Source of the DNA: an uncultured Chlamydiales bacterium
Lineage (GTDB): Bacteria; Chlamydiota; Chlamydiia; Chlamydiales; Rhabdochlamydiaceae
Reading direction: 5' to 3'
DNA length: 64,000 nucleotides
Assembly (NCBI GenBank): GCA_963700985.1
Contig: OY969554.1
Coordinates: forward strand, 1,664,001 to 1,728,000
A program made the translations under genes and the position numbers. Within the stretch, counting starts at the first letter, position 1. Each line of letters begins with the position of its first letter. This document shows positions 1-9,026 of this stretch, one piece after another. Under the pieces are notes generated by a model. That model had not been told where the DNA came from. It ran no database searches and saw only the letters and a program-made list of their open reading frames with translations.

Positions 1-1
1 T

Positions 2-544
2 AGAGACAAAAGTGGAGCGACCGCACTTCATTTAGCATGTAAAGCAGGGAATTTAAAAGTCGCAATGATCCTCATGACAGACCATCAAGCAAAGCCTAAC
101 GTGGCGGATAAGAAAGGCAGAACTCCTTTTCATTATGCTGTTATCGATGGGAAAATGGAGATGATAAGAGCATTGTATGTAGCTGACGCAGATATCAATG
201 CACGTGATAAACAAGGCTGCACCCCATTCTTCTTACTCGAGCGCAATGGGAAACCATTAGATCCAAAAATTCGCAAAGAGGTTGGGCAGCTACTCTTAGT
301 AGACTTAGGTGCAAATCCTGAAATTGGAAATAATAAAGGAGAAAAAGCGCCTGTGCGCTTTGCTTATGAGCTTGACGCCGCTGAAGCAGCTGCAATTATA
401 GCAGAAGCTGTGGCTGAAGTTGCTCCAGTAGAAATTCCAGCTCCCGAAGCACTCGATGTAGCATCGCTTGTGCACCAAGCTTCAAGAAAGAGCGTGATTG
501 AATCAGCTATCTTTATTGATTTATCGGATGATGAAAGCGAATAA
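2..544 (+). CDS. Ankyrin-repeat protein, 3' part (5' end outside window); candidate effector
   Basis: Frame is open from position 2 (RDKSGATALHLACKAG...). Repeated G-x-T-P/A-L/F-H-x-A ankyrin motifs; Ala/acidic low-complexity tail. Confidence 0.9.
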   Translation, partial: RDKSGATALHLACKAGNLKVAMILMTDHQAKPNVADKKGRTPFHYAVIDGKMEMIRALYVADADINARDKQGCTPFFLLERNGKPLDPKIRKEVGQLLLVDLGANPEIGNNKGEKAPVRFAYELDAAEAAAIIAEAVAEVAPVEIPAPEALDVASLVHQASRKSVIESAIFIDLSDDESE

Positions 545-562
545 TTCGATACTCGCATAATT

Positions 563-592
563 TTGACAACAAAGTCTGGTTCACACCATACT
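563..592 (+). promoter_or_regulatory. Putative sigma66/sigma70-type promoter
   Basis: TTGACA (563-568), 18-bp spacer, CATACT (587-592). Confidence 0.5.
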
Positions 593-599
593 CGTGCGC

Positions 600-971
600 A
601 TGAGAATTCTATTTTTGATCACCCTTTTAGGCATCTCTTCTCTCCCAGCGGACACACCGCTGGAAGAGAAAGTGCATGCGCTAAGCGAGGAAGAGTCTAA
701 AGTTGTAGATCATCTCATTGAGGCTACACTGCAAAAGCTCGATCAGCAGAAAGATCTGAAAAATCTCATGCTTCTGTTTCGTGCACAAGAAGAGCGCTTT
801 TTCCGTGGAGATCAATCTAAAGAGCACGCCGCCAAAATGGTCAATAGCGCCCGGCAGATCTTAGATATCATCAGAAAAACGCATCTTGAGCATCTGTTCT
901 CTTCCGAATATTTAGAAGAGTTGGCATTGTTTTCTTCAATTGCGGGCAAAACAGCTCCTGCGCGTCCCTAA
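600..971 (+). CDS. Hypothetical exported helical protein
   Basis: ATG at 600 (track starts at GTG 594). N-terminal signal-peptide-like MRILFLITLLGISSLPA; probably co-transcribed with psd. Confidence 0.7.
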   Translation: MRILFLITLLGISSLPADTPLEEKVHALSEEESKVVDHLIEATLQKLDQQKDLKNLMLLFRAQEERFFRGDQSKEHAAKMVNSARQILDIIRKTHLEHLFSSEYLEELALFSSIAGKTAPARP

Positions 972-977
972 TTCTCT

Positions 978-1889
978 ATGCCTGATATCCATTACATCGA
1001 TCGTTTAACCAAAAAAGAAGAGCGCGAAGAAGTCTATGGAAAACTCTTTATCGAGCTCATGTATGGCGATGGCTGGAAAGCGCGCCTTTTCTCTTTTCTT
1101 TGCTTAGGTCCAACCGCCCGCTGCGCTTTTTTTTCACGTCTTTACGGCTGGCTGCAGAAAAGTCCTCTGAGCCGTGGTAAAGTTTTGCCCTTCATTCGCA
1201 CCTACAAAGTTGATGAACGCGAATTTCTCCAACCTGCTTCTTCCTTTACTTCTTTTAATGATTTTTTCATCCGCAAACTCAAGCCCGAAGCGCGTCCAAT
1301 GACAGGCGGTAGCGAGGTGGCCGTATTGCCGGCAGATGCACGCTATCTCGTTTATTCTAATATTTCTGAGGTAGATGGCTTTCTGGTAAAAAACCAGAAG
1401 TTTTCGTTAGAGACACTTTTGCGCAGCTCAGAATTAGCTAAGAAATATGCTCAAGGCTCGATGGTAATTGCTCGGCTTTGCCCTACGGACTATCACCGCT
1501 TCCATTTCCCCACGGATGGAGTGCCAGAAGCTGCACAAGAAATTAACGGCCCGCTCTATTCAGTGAATCCCATGGCGCTAAAGAAGAATATCAATATTCT
1601 GGCTGAAAACAAGCGCACGATTACACCTTTTCACACCAAGCAGTTCGGCACGATCCAATACATTGAGGTGGGTGCCACCTACGTCGGAACTATCCACCAG
1701 ACTTTTACTCCCAATGAAGCCCAAGCCAAAGGCGCCGAGAAGGGCTTCTTTTCTTTCGGGGGCTCTTCTCTCATTCTTCTCTTTGAACCCTCTTGTATCC
1801 AGTTCGATCAAGATCTAATCGATGCGTCTCAGCGCAAAATCGAAGTCCGTGGCCTCCTCGGCCAATCCCTCGGCCACTACCTGAATTAA
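978..1889 (+). CDS. psd: Phosphatidylserine decarboxylase proenzyme
   Basis: FNDFFIRKLK, PAD, RLCPTDYHRFHFP motifs; FGGSS self-cleavage motif. Confidence 0.95.
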   Translation: MPDIHYIDRLTKKEEREEVYGKLFIELMYGDGWKARLFSFLCLGPTARCAFFSRLYGWLQKSPLSRGKVLPFIRTYKVDEREFLQPASSFTSFNDFFIRKLKPEARPMTGGSEVAVLPADARYLVYSNISEVDGFLVKNQKFSLETLLRSSELAKKYAQGSMVIARLCPTDYHRFHFPTDGVPEAAQEINGPLYSVNPMALKKNINILAENKRTITPFHTKQFGTIQYIEVGATYVGTIHQTFTPNEAQAKGAEKGFFSFGGSSLILLFEPSCIQFDQDLIDASQRKIEVRGLLGQSLGHYLN

Positions 1890-1998
1890 TTAAGATGCTT
1901 CGGTTTGGTTCTATCCAAATTTATGCGGCTTGCTCTTGTATGGAGTGTATCAATTTTGATACACTCCCAAAAATAAAAAAGAAAAGGTTTCCTTTGCA

Positions 1999-2330
1999 AT
2001 GATTCCTGATCCTATCCCGATAGTTTTTTATAAAGAGGAAGGCAGTGGTAATGAACCAGTTAAAGAATGGCTGCTCTCCTTAGGACAAAGCTTCTAGAAA
2101 GGAAATTGGGAATGATTTAAGAACGATTCAAATTGGCTGGCCGTTGGGTATGCCTTTAGACAGAAGTTTAGGCGGAGGCTCGTTGTCATATTTTAAATGG
2201 AATAGCCCAGGTCCTTTTTAAAATGTCGAAAGGTGAGATGGTTTTGCTTCATGGATTTGTTAAGAAAAGTCAAAAGACTCCAAAAGATGACTTAGATCTA
2301 GCAAGAAAACGAGCTAAAAAGTATGGCTAA
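1999..2330 (+). pseudogene. Frameshifted RelE/ParE-superfamily (Gp49-like) toxin
   Basis: Segments in different frames: FYKEEGSGNEPVKEWLLSL / DKASRKEIGNDLRTIQIGWPLGMP / IAQVLF...MVLLHGFVKKSQKTPKDDLDLARKR. The usual LWEVRS segment is missing. Confidence 0.85.
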
Positions 2331-2345
2331 TAATAAAGAGGGTTT

Positions 2346-2624
2346 ATGAAAAATAAGCATAGAGGCTCAAATTTTGATGACTTCTTGAAAGAAGAAGGTT
2401 TATTCGAAGAATGCAATGCCGAAGCAGTTAAAAGAGTCATCGCATTTCAACTAGAAAAAGAGCTGAAAAAACAAAAACTGACAAAATCTCAATTTGCAAA
2501 AAAAATGAAAACTAGCCGGGCTGCTGTTAATAGATTGCTCGATCCTAAAAAAACTTGCACTTTGAAATCCCTTATTATGGCTGTTAGCGCTTTGGGTAAG
2601 CACCTAGAGATAAGAATTGCCTAG
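2346..2624 (+). CDS. XRE-family HTH antitoxin
   Basis: N-terminal HRGSNFDDFLKEEG and HTH (KSQFAKKMKTSRAAVNRLLDP); directly downstream of the toxin remnant; GAGG RBS. Confidence 0.88.
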   Translation: MKNKHRGSNFDDFLKEEGLFEECNAEAVKRVIAFQLEKELKKQKLTKSQFAKKMKTSRAAVNRLLDPKKTCTLKSLIMAVSALGKHLEIRIA

Positions 2625-3009
2625 AGACTCTATTCTAATGTTCTCAGATGATCTAACATAAACAGCCGTATATAAGCGTCAGTCGCTAAGTTGGCGCGTG
2701 TCTTTCTATTTTCCCATTTAACCACAGCAACATGAGAGACGCCAAAAATTTTTCCGAATTCTGTCGTGGACATATTGAGAAATTTTCTGATGAATTTCAA
2801 CTCACTTCCTTTTAGTGAAGATGGCTTTCTAAGGAGAACATCTAGAACAGCTAACTGGAGTTTGTTAAAATTAATGTCCAGAACCTACTCTCCTGCCATT
2901 TCTCTCATGGGGATATTAATGAGTTTGATTGGAAATCCGAGGCCTTTGAAAATGAATGTTACTCTCTTTCCATTGGTCACTATCTTATCCTGGTTTTCAC
3001 AGGCTAAGA

Positions 3010-3645
3010 TTAAATGTTTTTGGGTGATTTTGCCAAGAGTTGGCAGATCGGGCAGTTTTCGAGTTTGTGGCCACGCGCAGGACAGTAGGTGCGGGCGTAG
3101 TAGATGATTTGCAGATGCAGCCGGATCCAATCTTTTTCGGGAAATAGGCTTTTTAAGTCGCGCTCGGTTTGCACGACGTTTTTGGCTTGGCTGAGGCGCC
3201 AGCGCTTGGCGCAGCGGTGGATGTGAGTATCAACCGGGAAGGCGGGCACGTTAAAAGCTTGGGCCATCACGACCGAGGCGGTTTTGTGGCCGACGCCCGG
3301 CAGATCTTCGAGCGCTTCAAAGCTTTTAGGCACTTGGCCTTGATGATGTTTGATCAGATCGTTGGAAAGTTTCCAGATGGCTTTAGACTTGGTGTTGCTA
3401 AGACCGCAGGGGCGAATGATCTTTTCTATCTCTTCGACTTTCAATTTAACCATCTCTTGAGGAGTCGATGCTTTGGCAAAGAGCTTAGGCGTGATCAGAT
3501 TGACGCGTGCGTCGGTGCTTTGAGCGGAGAGCAGCACAGCAATGAGTAATGTGTAAGGGTCTTGATGTTTCAGGGGGATTTTCGGCTCTGGAAAGAGTCG
3601 ATTTAGAATTTTTTGAACCTGTTTGGCGCGTTCTTTTTTAGTCAT
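3010..3645 (-). CDS. nth: Endonuclease III
   Basis: LLSAQSTD, HhH LPGVGHKTA, VDTH, C-terminal Cys cluster. Confidence 0.95.
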   Translation of the reverse strand: MTKKERAKQVQKILNRLFPEPKIPLKHQDPYTLLIAVLLSAQSTDARVNLITPKLFAKASTPQEMVKLKVEEIEKIIRPCGLSNTKSKAIWKLSNDLIKHHQGQVPKSFEALEDLPGVGHKTASVVMAQAFNVPAFPVDTHIHRCAKRWRLSQAKNVVQTERDLKSLFPEKDWIRLHLQIIYYARTYCPARGHKLENCPICQLLAKSPKNI

Positions 3646-5018
3646 TTTCCTACGCAGAATTTAGAGAAGATTGCGCTTAAGATATCTTCGGTAATGTTTG
3701 TGCCGATAATTGTGCCAAGCTCATTTAATGTTTTACGCATGTCAGAGGATAGAAATTCGGGCGAGGTGCCAGTGCGTAGGCCGTGAATGAGTGTTTCCAG
3801 CGCCTCAATAGCTTGTGAGAGCGCCTGTTTGTGCCGCAGTGAAGTGATGAGCACCTCTTCTTTTTGCGGAAGGCCATGCTGCCAAATTAGTTGGTCGATT
3901 TTCTCGCGCAGCTCTTCCAAGCCCTGTCTCTGTTTGGCTGAGACGCACACGGAGGGCAGGCTTGCATGCACGGGCGCGTTGGAAGTCATCAGATCGCTTT
4001 TATTCCAAATGATCAGGGCTTTTTTGCCTTCGGCTTCACGAATGAGCGCTTCTTGCTCGCTTCCGCCGCTTTGGCTTCCGTCAAACACGAGCAGCACGAG
4101 ATCGGCTTCGCTGATTGCGGTGCGTGTGCGAGCAATGCCTTCACGTTCGATTTTTTCTTCGGTCTGGCGAATTCCAGCCGTGTCGATCAAGCGGAAATTG
4201 AGGTGGCCTAGCGAGAGATCTGCTTCTAGAAGATCGCGCGTTGTGCCAGGAATATCGGTCACAATGGCGCGTTCTTTTCCAAGCAGGGCATTCATGAGCG
4301 AGGATTTCCCTGCATTAGGCGGCCCAGCTAGGCAGAGAGTTAGGCCCTCATGCAGTTTTTTCCCATCATGGAAGCTAAGCGCCAGCTTAACCATTTTTTC
4401 TTTGATCTGAGTAAGGATGTTAAGCACCTCTTCCATGGAGGCAAATTCGAGTCCCTCTTCAGGAAAATCGACCCAGGCTTCTAAAATTGCGGCAATATCT
4501 GTCAGCTCTTTTTGAAAAAAGGAGATCTGCTTGGAGAGCGCGCCTTGAAGCTGCTGCTCTGCGAAATGGAGCGCTAGATCACTGCGTGCTGAGATGAGTG
4601 TTTGCACAGCCTCTGCTTGCGCGAGATCGAGCTTGCCGTGCATGAAAGCTTTAAAAGTAAATTCTCCGGGTTCTGCAGGTCTGGCTCCAGCTTGCAATAC
4701 CACTTCTAAAACTTTGCGTGTGATAAGGCTACCACCATGGCAGTGAATCTCGACAATGTCTTCTCCCGTATAAGAACGCGGCGCGCGCATGGGGAGTAGC
4801 AGCACCTCATCTACAATCCGCCCATTTGCATCGAGAATTTTCCCAAAATGCGCCGTGTGACTTTGATAGGAATGCACGGGCCCAGAAAAAACTTTTCCAG
4901 CAACAGATAGCGCATCTTTTCCAGAAATACGGATGATCGCTACCCCGCCTTCACCTGGGGGTGTGGCCACGGCCGCAATGGTATCGTCGAGCTGATTGTA
5001 TCGGTGGACAAATTGCAT
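3642..5018 (-). CDS. mnmE: tRNA modification GTPase MnmE
   Basis: DTIAAVATPPGEGG, GPPNAGKSS, GTTRD, DTAG, NKSD, terminal FCVGK. Confidence 0.97.
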   Translation of the reverse strand: MQFVHRYNQLDDTIAAVATPPGEGGVAIIRISGKDALSVAGKVFSGPVHSYQSHTAHFGKILDANGRIVDEVLLLPMRAPRSYTGEDIVEIHCHGGSLITRKVLEVVLQAGARPAEPGEFTFKAFMHGKLDLAQAEAVQTLISARSDLALHFAEQQLQGALSKQISFFQKELTDIAAILEAWVDFPEEGLEFASMEEVLNILTQIKEKMVKLALSFHDGKKLHEGLTLCLAGPPNAGKSSLMNALLGKERAIVTDIPGTTRDLLEADLSLGHLNFRLIDTAGIRQTEEKIEREGIARTRTAISEADLVLLVFDGSQSGGSEQEALIREAEGKKALIIWNKSDLMTSNAPVHASLPSVCVSAKQRQGLEELREKIDQLIWQHGLPQKEEVLITSLRHKQALSQAIEALETLIHGLRTGTSPEFLSSDMRKTLNELGTIIGTNITEDILSAIFSKFCVGK

Positions 5019-5070
5019 AATAATTTTTCACAAAATATCCAACCATCATACTCTAAATGATCAAATAGCT

Positions 5071-5664
5071 CTAGACGTGCCTGAGGGCGAGCGTGATCAA
5101 TTTTGAGAGCTCAGGCTCTGCAGGGCTGCTATCAACAACAATTTTGATTGCTCGTTGTGCACGTGGGAGCGGGTAGCCTAAATGGATCAGGGCTGCAATC
5201 GCATCCTCGATGGTACTGGTTTTGCCAGGTTTAGTCGGGATAATTGCATCGATCAGGCCGAGTTTTTTCATACGGTCTTTGAGTTCAACCACTAGGCGTT
5301 CGGCGGTTTTTTTGCCGATGCCTGGGATGCGGCAAAGAGCGTTAACATTTTTTTCAGAGATCGCTTGTTGAAGGTCGGCAAGTTCCATGTGGCCGATGAG
5401 CGCCAGAGCGGTCTTGGGTCCAACTCCTGAAATCTGAATGAATTCTTCGAAGAGGTCGCGTTCATTTCTAGAGATAAAGCCAAACCGTCTATGATTATCT
5501 TCGCGAATAAGCGTGGAGATGTGCAGAAGAAGTTCTTGGCCGATTTGTGGCAGTTTGGTGTATGTGCTGAAGGGGATATAAAGGCGATAACCCAGGCCGT
5601 TTATTTCGATCGTAGCCTTTTCTGGAGTGGCTTCGGTGAGTTTACCGCGGATGTATTCTAACAT
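5071..5664 (-). CDS. ruvA: Holliday junction branch migration protein RuvA
   Basis: ISGVGPKTAL and IPGIGKKTAERLVVELKD HhH motifs. Confidence 0.96.
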   Translation of the reverse strand: MLEYIRGKLTEATPEKATIEINGLGYRLYIPFSTYTKLPQIGQELLLHISTLIREDNHRRFGFISRNERDLFEEFIQISGVGPKTALALIGHMELADLQQAISEKNVNALCRIPGIGKKTAERLVVELKDRMKKLGLIDAIIPTKPGKTSTIEDAIAALIHLGYPLPRAQRAIKIVVDSSPAEPELSKLITLALRHV

Positions 5665-6161
5665 ATAATAGACCTTAGGTTGTGAGCGTGACAGATCGCA
5701 AGCGCAAGCGCATCGGCCGCGTCTTCCGGTTCCGGTACAGAAGAGAGGCTCAGCAGCACTTGCATCATTTTTTGTACCTGCATCTTACTCGCAGAGCCAT
5801 TTCCAACGACAGCGAGTTTTGCTTTTTTGGGCGTATATTCATGAACGCTGCATCCCATTTTGGCGCCGGCGAGCATTACAGCACCTCTTGCCATACCTAA
5901 TTTGATGGCGCTTTGCACATTTTTATGCACGAATTGAGTCTCCACAGATACGGCTTGCGGTTTATACTTCTCAATCAGTGCTACCACTCCTTCAAAAATG
6001 ATTAAATAACGCTGGGCAAGCGGGAGTTTTGTAGAGGGACGGATTGTGCCGAAGTCGAGTGGTTCATAGGTATGCGAATGGGCTTTAATTACCCCATAGC
6101 CCGTGACACATGTGCCTGGGTCCACGCCTAAAATGATCGGGCTTTCCTCTCGAGGTTTCAT
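5658..6161 (-). CDS. ruvC: Holliday junction resolvase RuvC
   Basis: ILGVDPG, VETQF, DAADALALAICH. Confidence 0.96.
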   Translation of the reverse strand: MKPREESPIILGVDPGTCVTGYGVIKAHSHTYEPLDFGTIRPSTKLPLAQRYLIIFEGVVALIEKYKPQAVSVETQFVHKNVQSAIKLGMARGAVMLAGAKMGCSVHEYTPKKAKLAVVGNGSASKMQVQKMMQVLLSLSSVPEPEDAADALALAICHAHNLRSIIC

Positions 6162-6165
6162 GCGT

Positions 6166-6939
6166 TTATTTGAGGTAAATTTTTCGGTATTTCTCTAAGA
6201 GTTTTTGGTAGGCTCCTTCTTTTAGAACAGCATCGACAGCAGCTTGTGAAAAGGGGCCTGTCTGATATTCAAAAAGAGGCGCAGGATCATTTAGGATCTT
6301 AAACACGAGTGTGCAGACATCCTCAATTTCTTCCCAGAGAAGTTCAGTGCAAAAAGTCGTATCGTATGCATTTGCAGCTGGATTTGCCGCACTTAAAATC
6401 TGCATATCTGTTTTTAAAGGGTTGGGACGAATCACAGAGACATCGATATTCCATTTCTTAAGCAGCACAGCCCATTCGAAAGCGACGTTTTCAAGCGCGG
6501 CTTTCGAGGCGCTGTATACGCCTAGAAAAGGCCAATGGTCGATACTTACCACGCTGCTGATGAAAATGAGTTTTCCCTTTTGAGCTTTGCGCATGTAAGG
6601 CAGAATTTTTTCTGTGAGGTAAACGGGTCCGAAGAAATTCACATCGAATGTGTGGCGCCTCTCTTCGTCGCTAAGCGCGTCAGCAGCATCTTTATAAGCC
6701 AGCCCGGCATTATGAATGATTGCATCGAGGGAGTCTGTTTTCTGGAAAATTTCAGCCACAGCTTTATCGATCGATGCAGTGCTTTGCAAATCTAGCTCGA
6801 TATATTTGATGTTTGCGGTATCTTTGTAGCCAGCTAAGCTACGGACTGTGCCGTAGACGATACAATTTTGCTGCGCGATAAACTCTATTAGAGCTTTTCC
6901 GAGACCGCGCGACGCGCCTGTGAGTAGAATTTTTTTCAT
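6166..6939 (-). CDS. Short-chain dehydrogenase/reductase
   Basis: TGASRGLG, HNAG, YSASK. Confidence 0.92.
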   Translation of the reverse strand: MKKILLTGASRGLGKALIEFIAQQNCIVYGTVRSLAGYKDTANIKYIELDLQSTASIDKAVAEIFQKTDSLDAIIHNAGLAYKDAADALSDEERRHTFDVNFFGPVYLTEKILPYMRKAQKGKLIFISSVVSIDHWPFLGVYSASKAALENVAFEWAVLLKKWNIDVSVIRPNPLKTDMQILSAANPAANAYDTTFCTELLWEEIEDVCTLVFKILNDPAPLFEYQTGPFSQAAVDAVLKEGAYQKLLEKYRKIYLK

Positions 6940-7056
6940 ATGTATTGATATTTTAACTTATACTGGATCCGAAGGTAAGTTTATGCAAAGTTTAAATTTT
7001 CGATGCAAGAAATACGGTGGATGCGCAAAATCCCGAACAATTGCTATTTTTCAAAC

Positions 7057-8115
7057 ATGGAATCTTTAAAAAATTTTCAGCCTAAAAATATTATCGTGCG
7101 CATGCCCAACTGGGTAGGCGACTTGGTAATGGCTACGCCTATTCTCAGTGACCTGCGCCGCGCATACCCTGATGCTTACATCACGGCTATGGCGCGTTCT
7201 CCTGTATGTGAACTTTTACAAGAAGATCCCGAAATCAATGAACTCTTCTGCTTCAGCAAGGGCAATACTTTCGGCCGCCGTGTGGGTAAACGCAATGTAA
7301 TTGAAAAATTACGCAGGGGCAAATATGACCTTGGGATTTTGCTGCCGCACTCTTTTTCGGCTGCTTGGTGGTTTTGGCAAGCTAAAGTACGCTATCGAAT
7401 TGGCTATGCTGGCAATGGTAGAAGTCTTCTTCTCACTCACAGCCTGCCACTTCCTGAAACCATCGAAAAACAGCACTTAGTCGTCACCTACAAAATGCTG
7501 CTTGCTCCTTTAGGTGTGCCTATTTCTGATTCTCCACCGCGTCTTTACCTTTCTGAGAAAGAAATTTTTCAAGCTAGAGAACTTTTAAGACAACATGGTG
7601 TTTCAGACAGCAGTCGCTTAGTTGGGATCAACCCTGGCGCGACTTACGGCTCTGCCAAATGTTGGCTGCCTGAGAGATTCCGCGAAGTAACAGAGCGCCT
7701 TTTGCAAGATCCAGAGCTTTTTATCATCTACTTTGGAGATCAGGCCAATGCTTCTCTAGTTAAAGAGATCTGCCAGGGTCTACCTCCACGTATCCTCAAT
7801 CTGGCTGGCTTAACTTCTCTGCGCGAGCTTGCTGCACTTATTAGCATTTGCGATGTCCTGCTCACTAATGATAGCGGTCCGATGCACATTGCAGATGCTT
7901 TACAAACACCGGTGGTCGCACTATTTGGATCTACCAGCGAGGTTGTAACGGGACCTTATCGCAATGGCGTGGTGATTCATAAGCACGTCGACTGCTCTCC
8001 TTGCTATCAACGCAAGTGTCCAATAGACTTTCGTTGCATGAAAAAGATCGAGGCTGATGAAGTGACGGAGCATATTATGCGTCTTCTTCAGACCACGAAA
8101 TTATTAGTTAGATGA
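7057..8115 (+). CDS. waaF: LPS heptosyltransferase II-like glycosyltransferase (GT9)
   Basis: RMPNWVGDLVMATP, NPGATYGSAKCW, TNDSGPMHIA, ALFG. Start taken at ATG 7057. Confidence 0.85.
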   Translation: MESLKNFQPKNIIVRMPNWVGDLVMATPILSDLRRAYPDAYITAMARSPVCELLQEDPEINELFCFSKGNTFGRRVGKRNVIEKLRRGKYDLGILLPHSFSAAWWFWQAKVRYRIGYAGNGRSLLLTHSLPLPETIEKQHLVVTYKMLLAPLGVPISDSPPRLYLSEKEIFQARELLRQHGVSDSSRLVGINPGATYGSAKCWLPERFREVTERLLQDPELFIIYFGDQANASLVKEICQGLPPRILNLAGLTSLRELAALISICDVLLTNDSGPMHIADALQTPVVALFGSTSEVVTGPYRNGVVIHKHVDCSPCYQRKCPIDFRCMKKIEADEVTEHIMRLLQTTKLLVR

Positions 8116-9026
8116 TTAAACGAGCATGGCGCAAATGGGGTCCTAACCCTTTTGAGCGCATTCTAAAACACGCCTCAAAGACACAGCAGCGGCGAATTCT
8201 CATCGCCTGGAATCGCGGTTTAGGGGATGTAGCCCTTGGCCTTTATGCCTTAGTTTTTCGCATCCGCGAACTCATCGCCGATGCTGAAATTACCTTTATC
8301 ACGCGCGAAGATCTAAAAGAAGGCTTTGCTCTTTTAGAAAACATTGAAGTTCTTATCGCGCCTAAATGGAAGCGCGGCATTGAAATAAATATGCAGGCCG
8401 CACTTGCAGATTTGAGAAAAGATCTTTCTTCTTACGATCTTATTTTCGAAAAACCCGATCCCACTCACTGGGTACGCTGGCAGCTTGGAAAGTTAACGCC
8501 TCAGCTGAAGTGGCAAGAGGAATGGGATGCGCTTTGGCGCGCCTTTCCTTTGCAAGATGAAGCCACGTATATCGCTCTTCAGCCTCAAACGGAAACGGGC
8601 AGTAATTATGGTTATGAAAAAAATTGGCCTTTATCCTCTTGGAAGGAATTGATCGAACGCCTTAGTTTGAAAGAAGGCGTAAGGGTTATTCTATTCGGGA
8701 GGGAGGGCACCATGGATTTTGCGGGTAATAATCTAATCGATTTAAGAGGCAAAACCTCTTTGTTAGATATGTTATCGATTATAAAAAATCGTTGCCAACA
8801 CTTGATTGTTCCCGATTCGGGAGTGCTTTCACTCGCTTACTTTATCAATGCCGATTTTCCTTTGCAGATCACATCGCTCTGGTCAGATCCAAAGCAGGGC
8901 GTATTAAAACAGAACGTTGCATCACCTAATGCTAGGCTGGTTCATCGTGCTTTGATTGCAAATGAAGGTGATCTCAGGCAGCTTGCGGTGCAAGAAGTAT
9001 GGGAGGCAGCATGCTCAAAGATCTAA
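8112..9026 (+). CDS. Divergent GT9-family glycosyltransferase
   Basis: RGLGDV, KNWP..W, IDLRGKTSL, PDSGVLSLA; ATGA overlap with the upstream gene. Confidence 0.8.
   Translation: MIKRAWRKWGPNPFERILKHASKTQQRRILIAWNRGLGDVALGLYALVFRIRELIADAEITFITREDLKEGFALLENIEVLIAPKWKRGIEINMQAALADLRKDLSSYDLIFEKPDPTHWVRWQLGKLTPQLKWQEEWDALWRAFPLQDEATYIALQPQTETGSNYGYEKNWPLSSWKELIERLSLKEGVRVILFGREGTMDFAGNNLIDLRGKTSLLDMLSIIKNRCQHLIVPDSGVLSLAYFINADFPLQITSLWSDPKQGVLKQNVASPNARLVHRALIANEGDLRQLAVQEVWEAACSKI

Noticed and set aside
2625-3107. ORFs 2766-3107 (+) and 2885-3130 (-)
   Set aside because: They overlap nth and have no recognisable motifs; possibly a decayed gene fragment, but unidentifiable.
3787-4410. Long antisense ORF within mnmE, and similar shadow ORFs elsewhere (e.g. 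41385-41888, 29915-30376)
   Set aside because: They lie opposite well-supported genes and have no coherent protein features.
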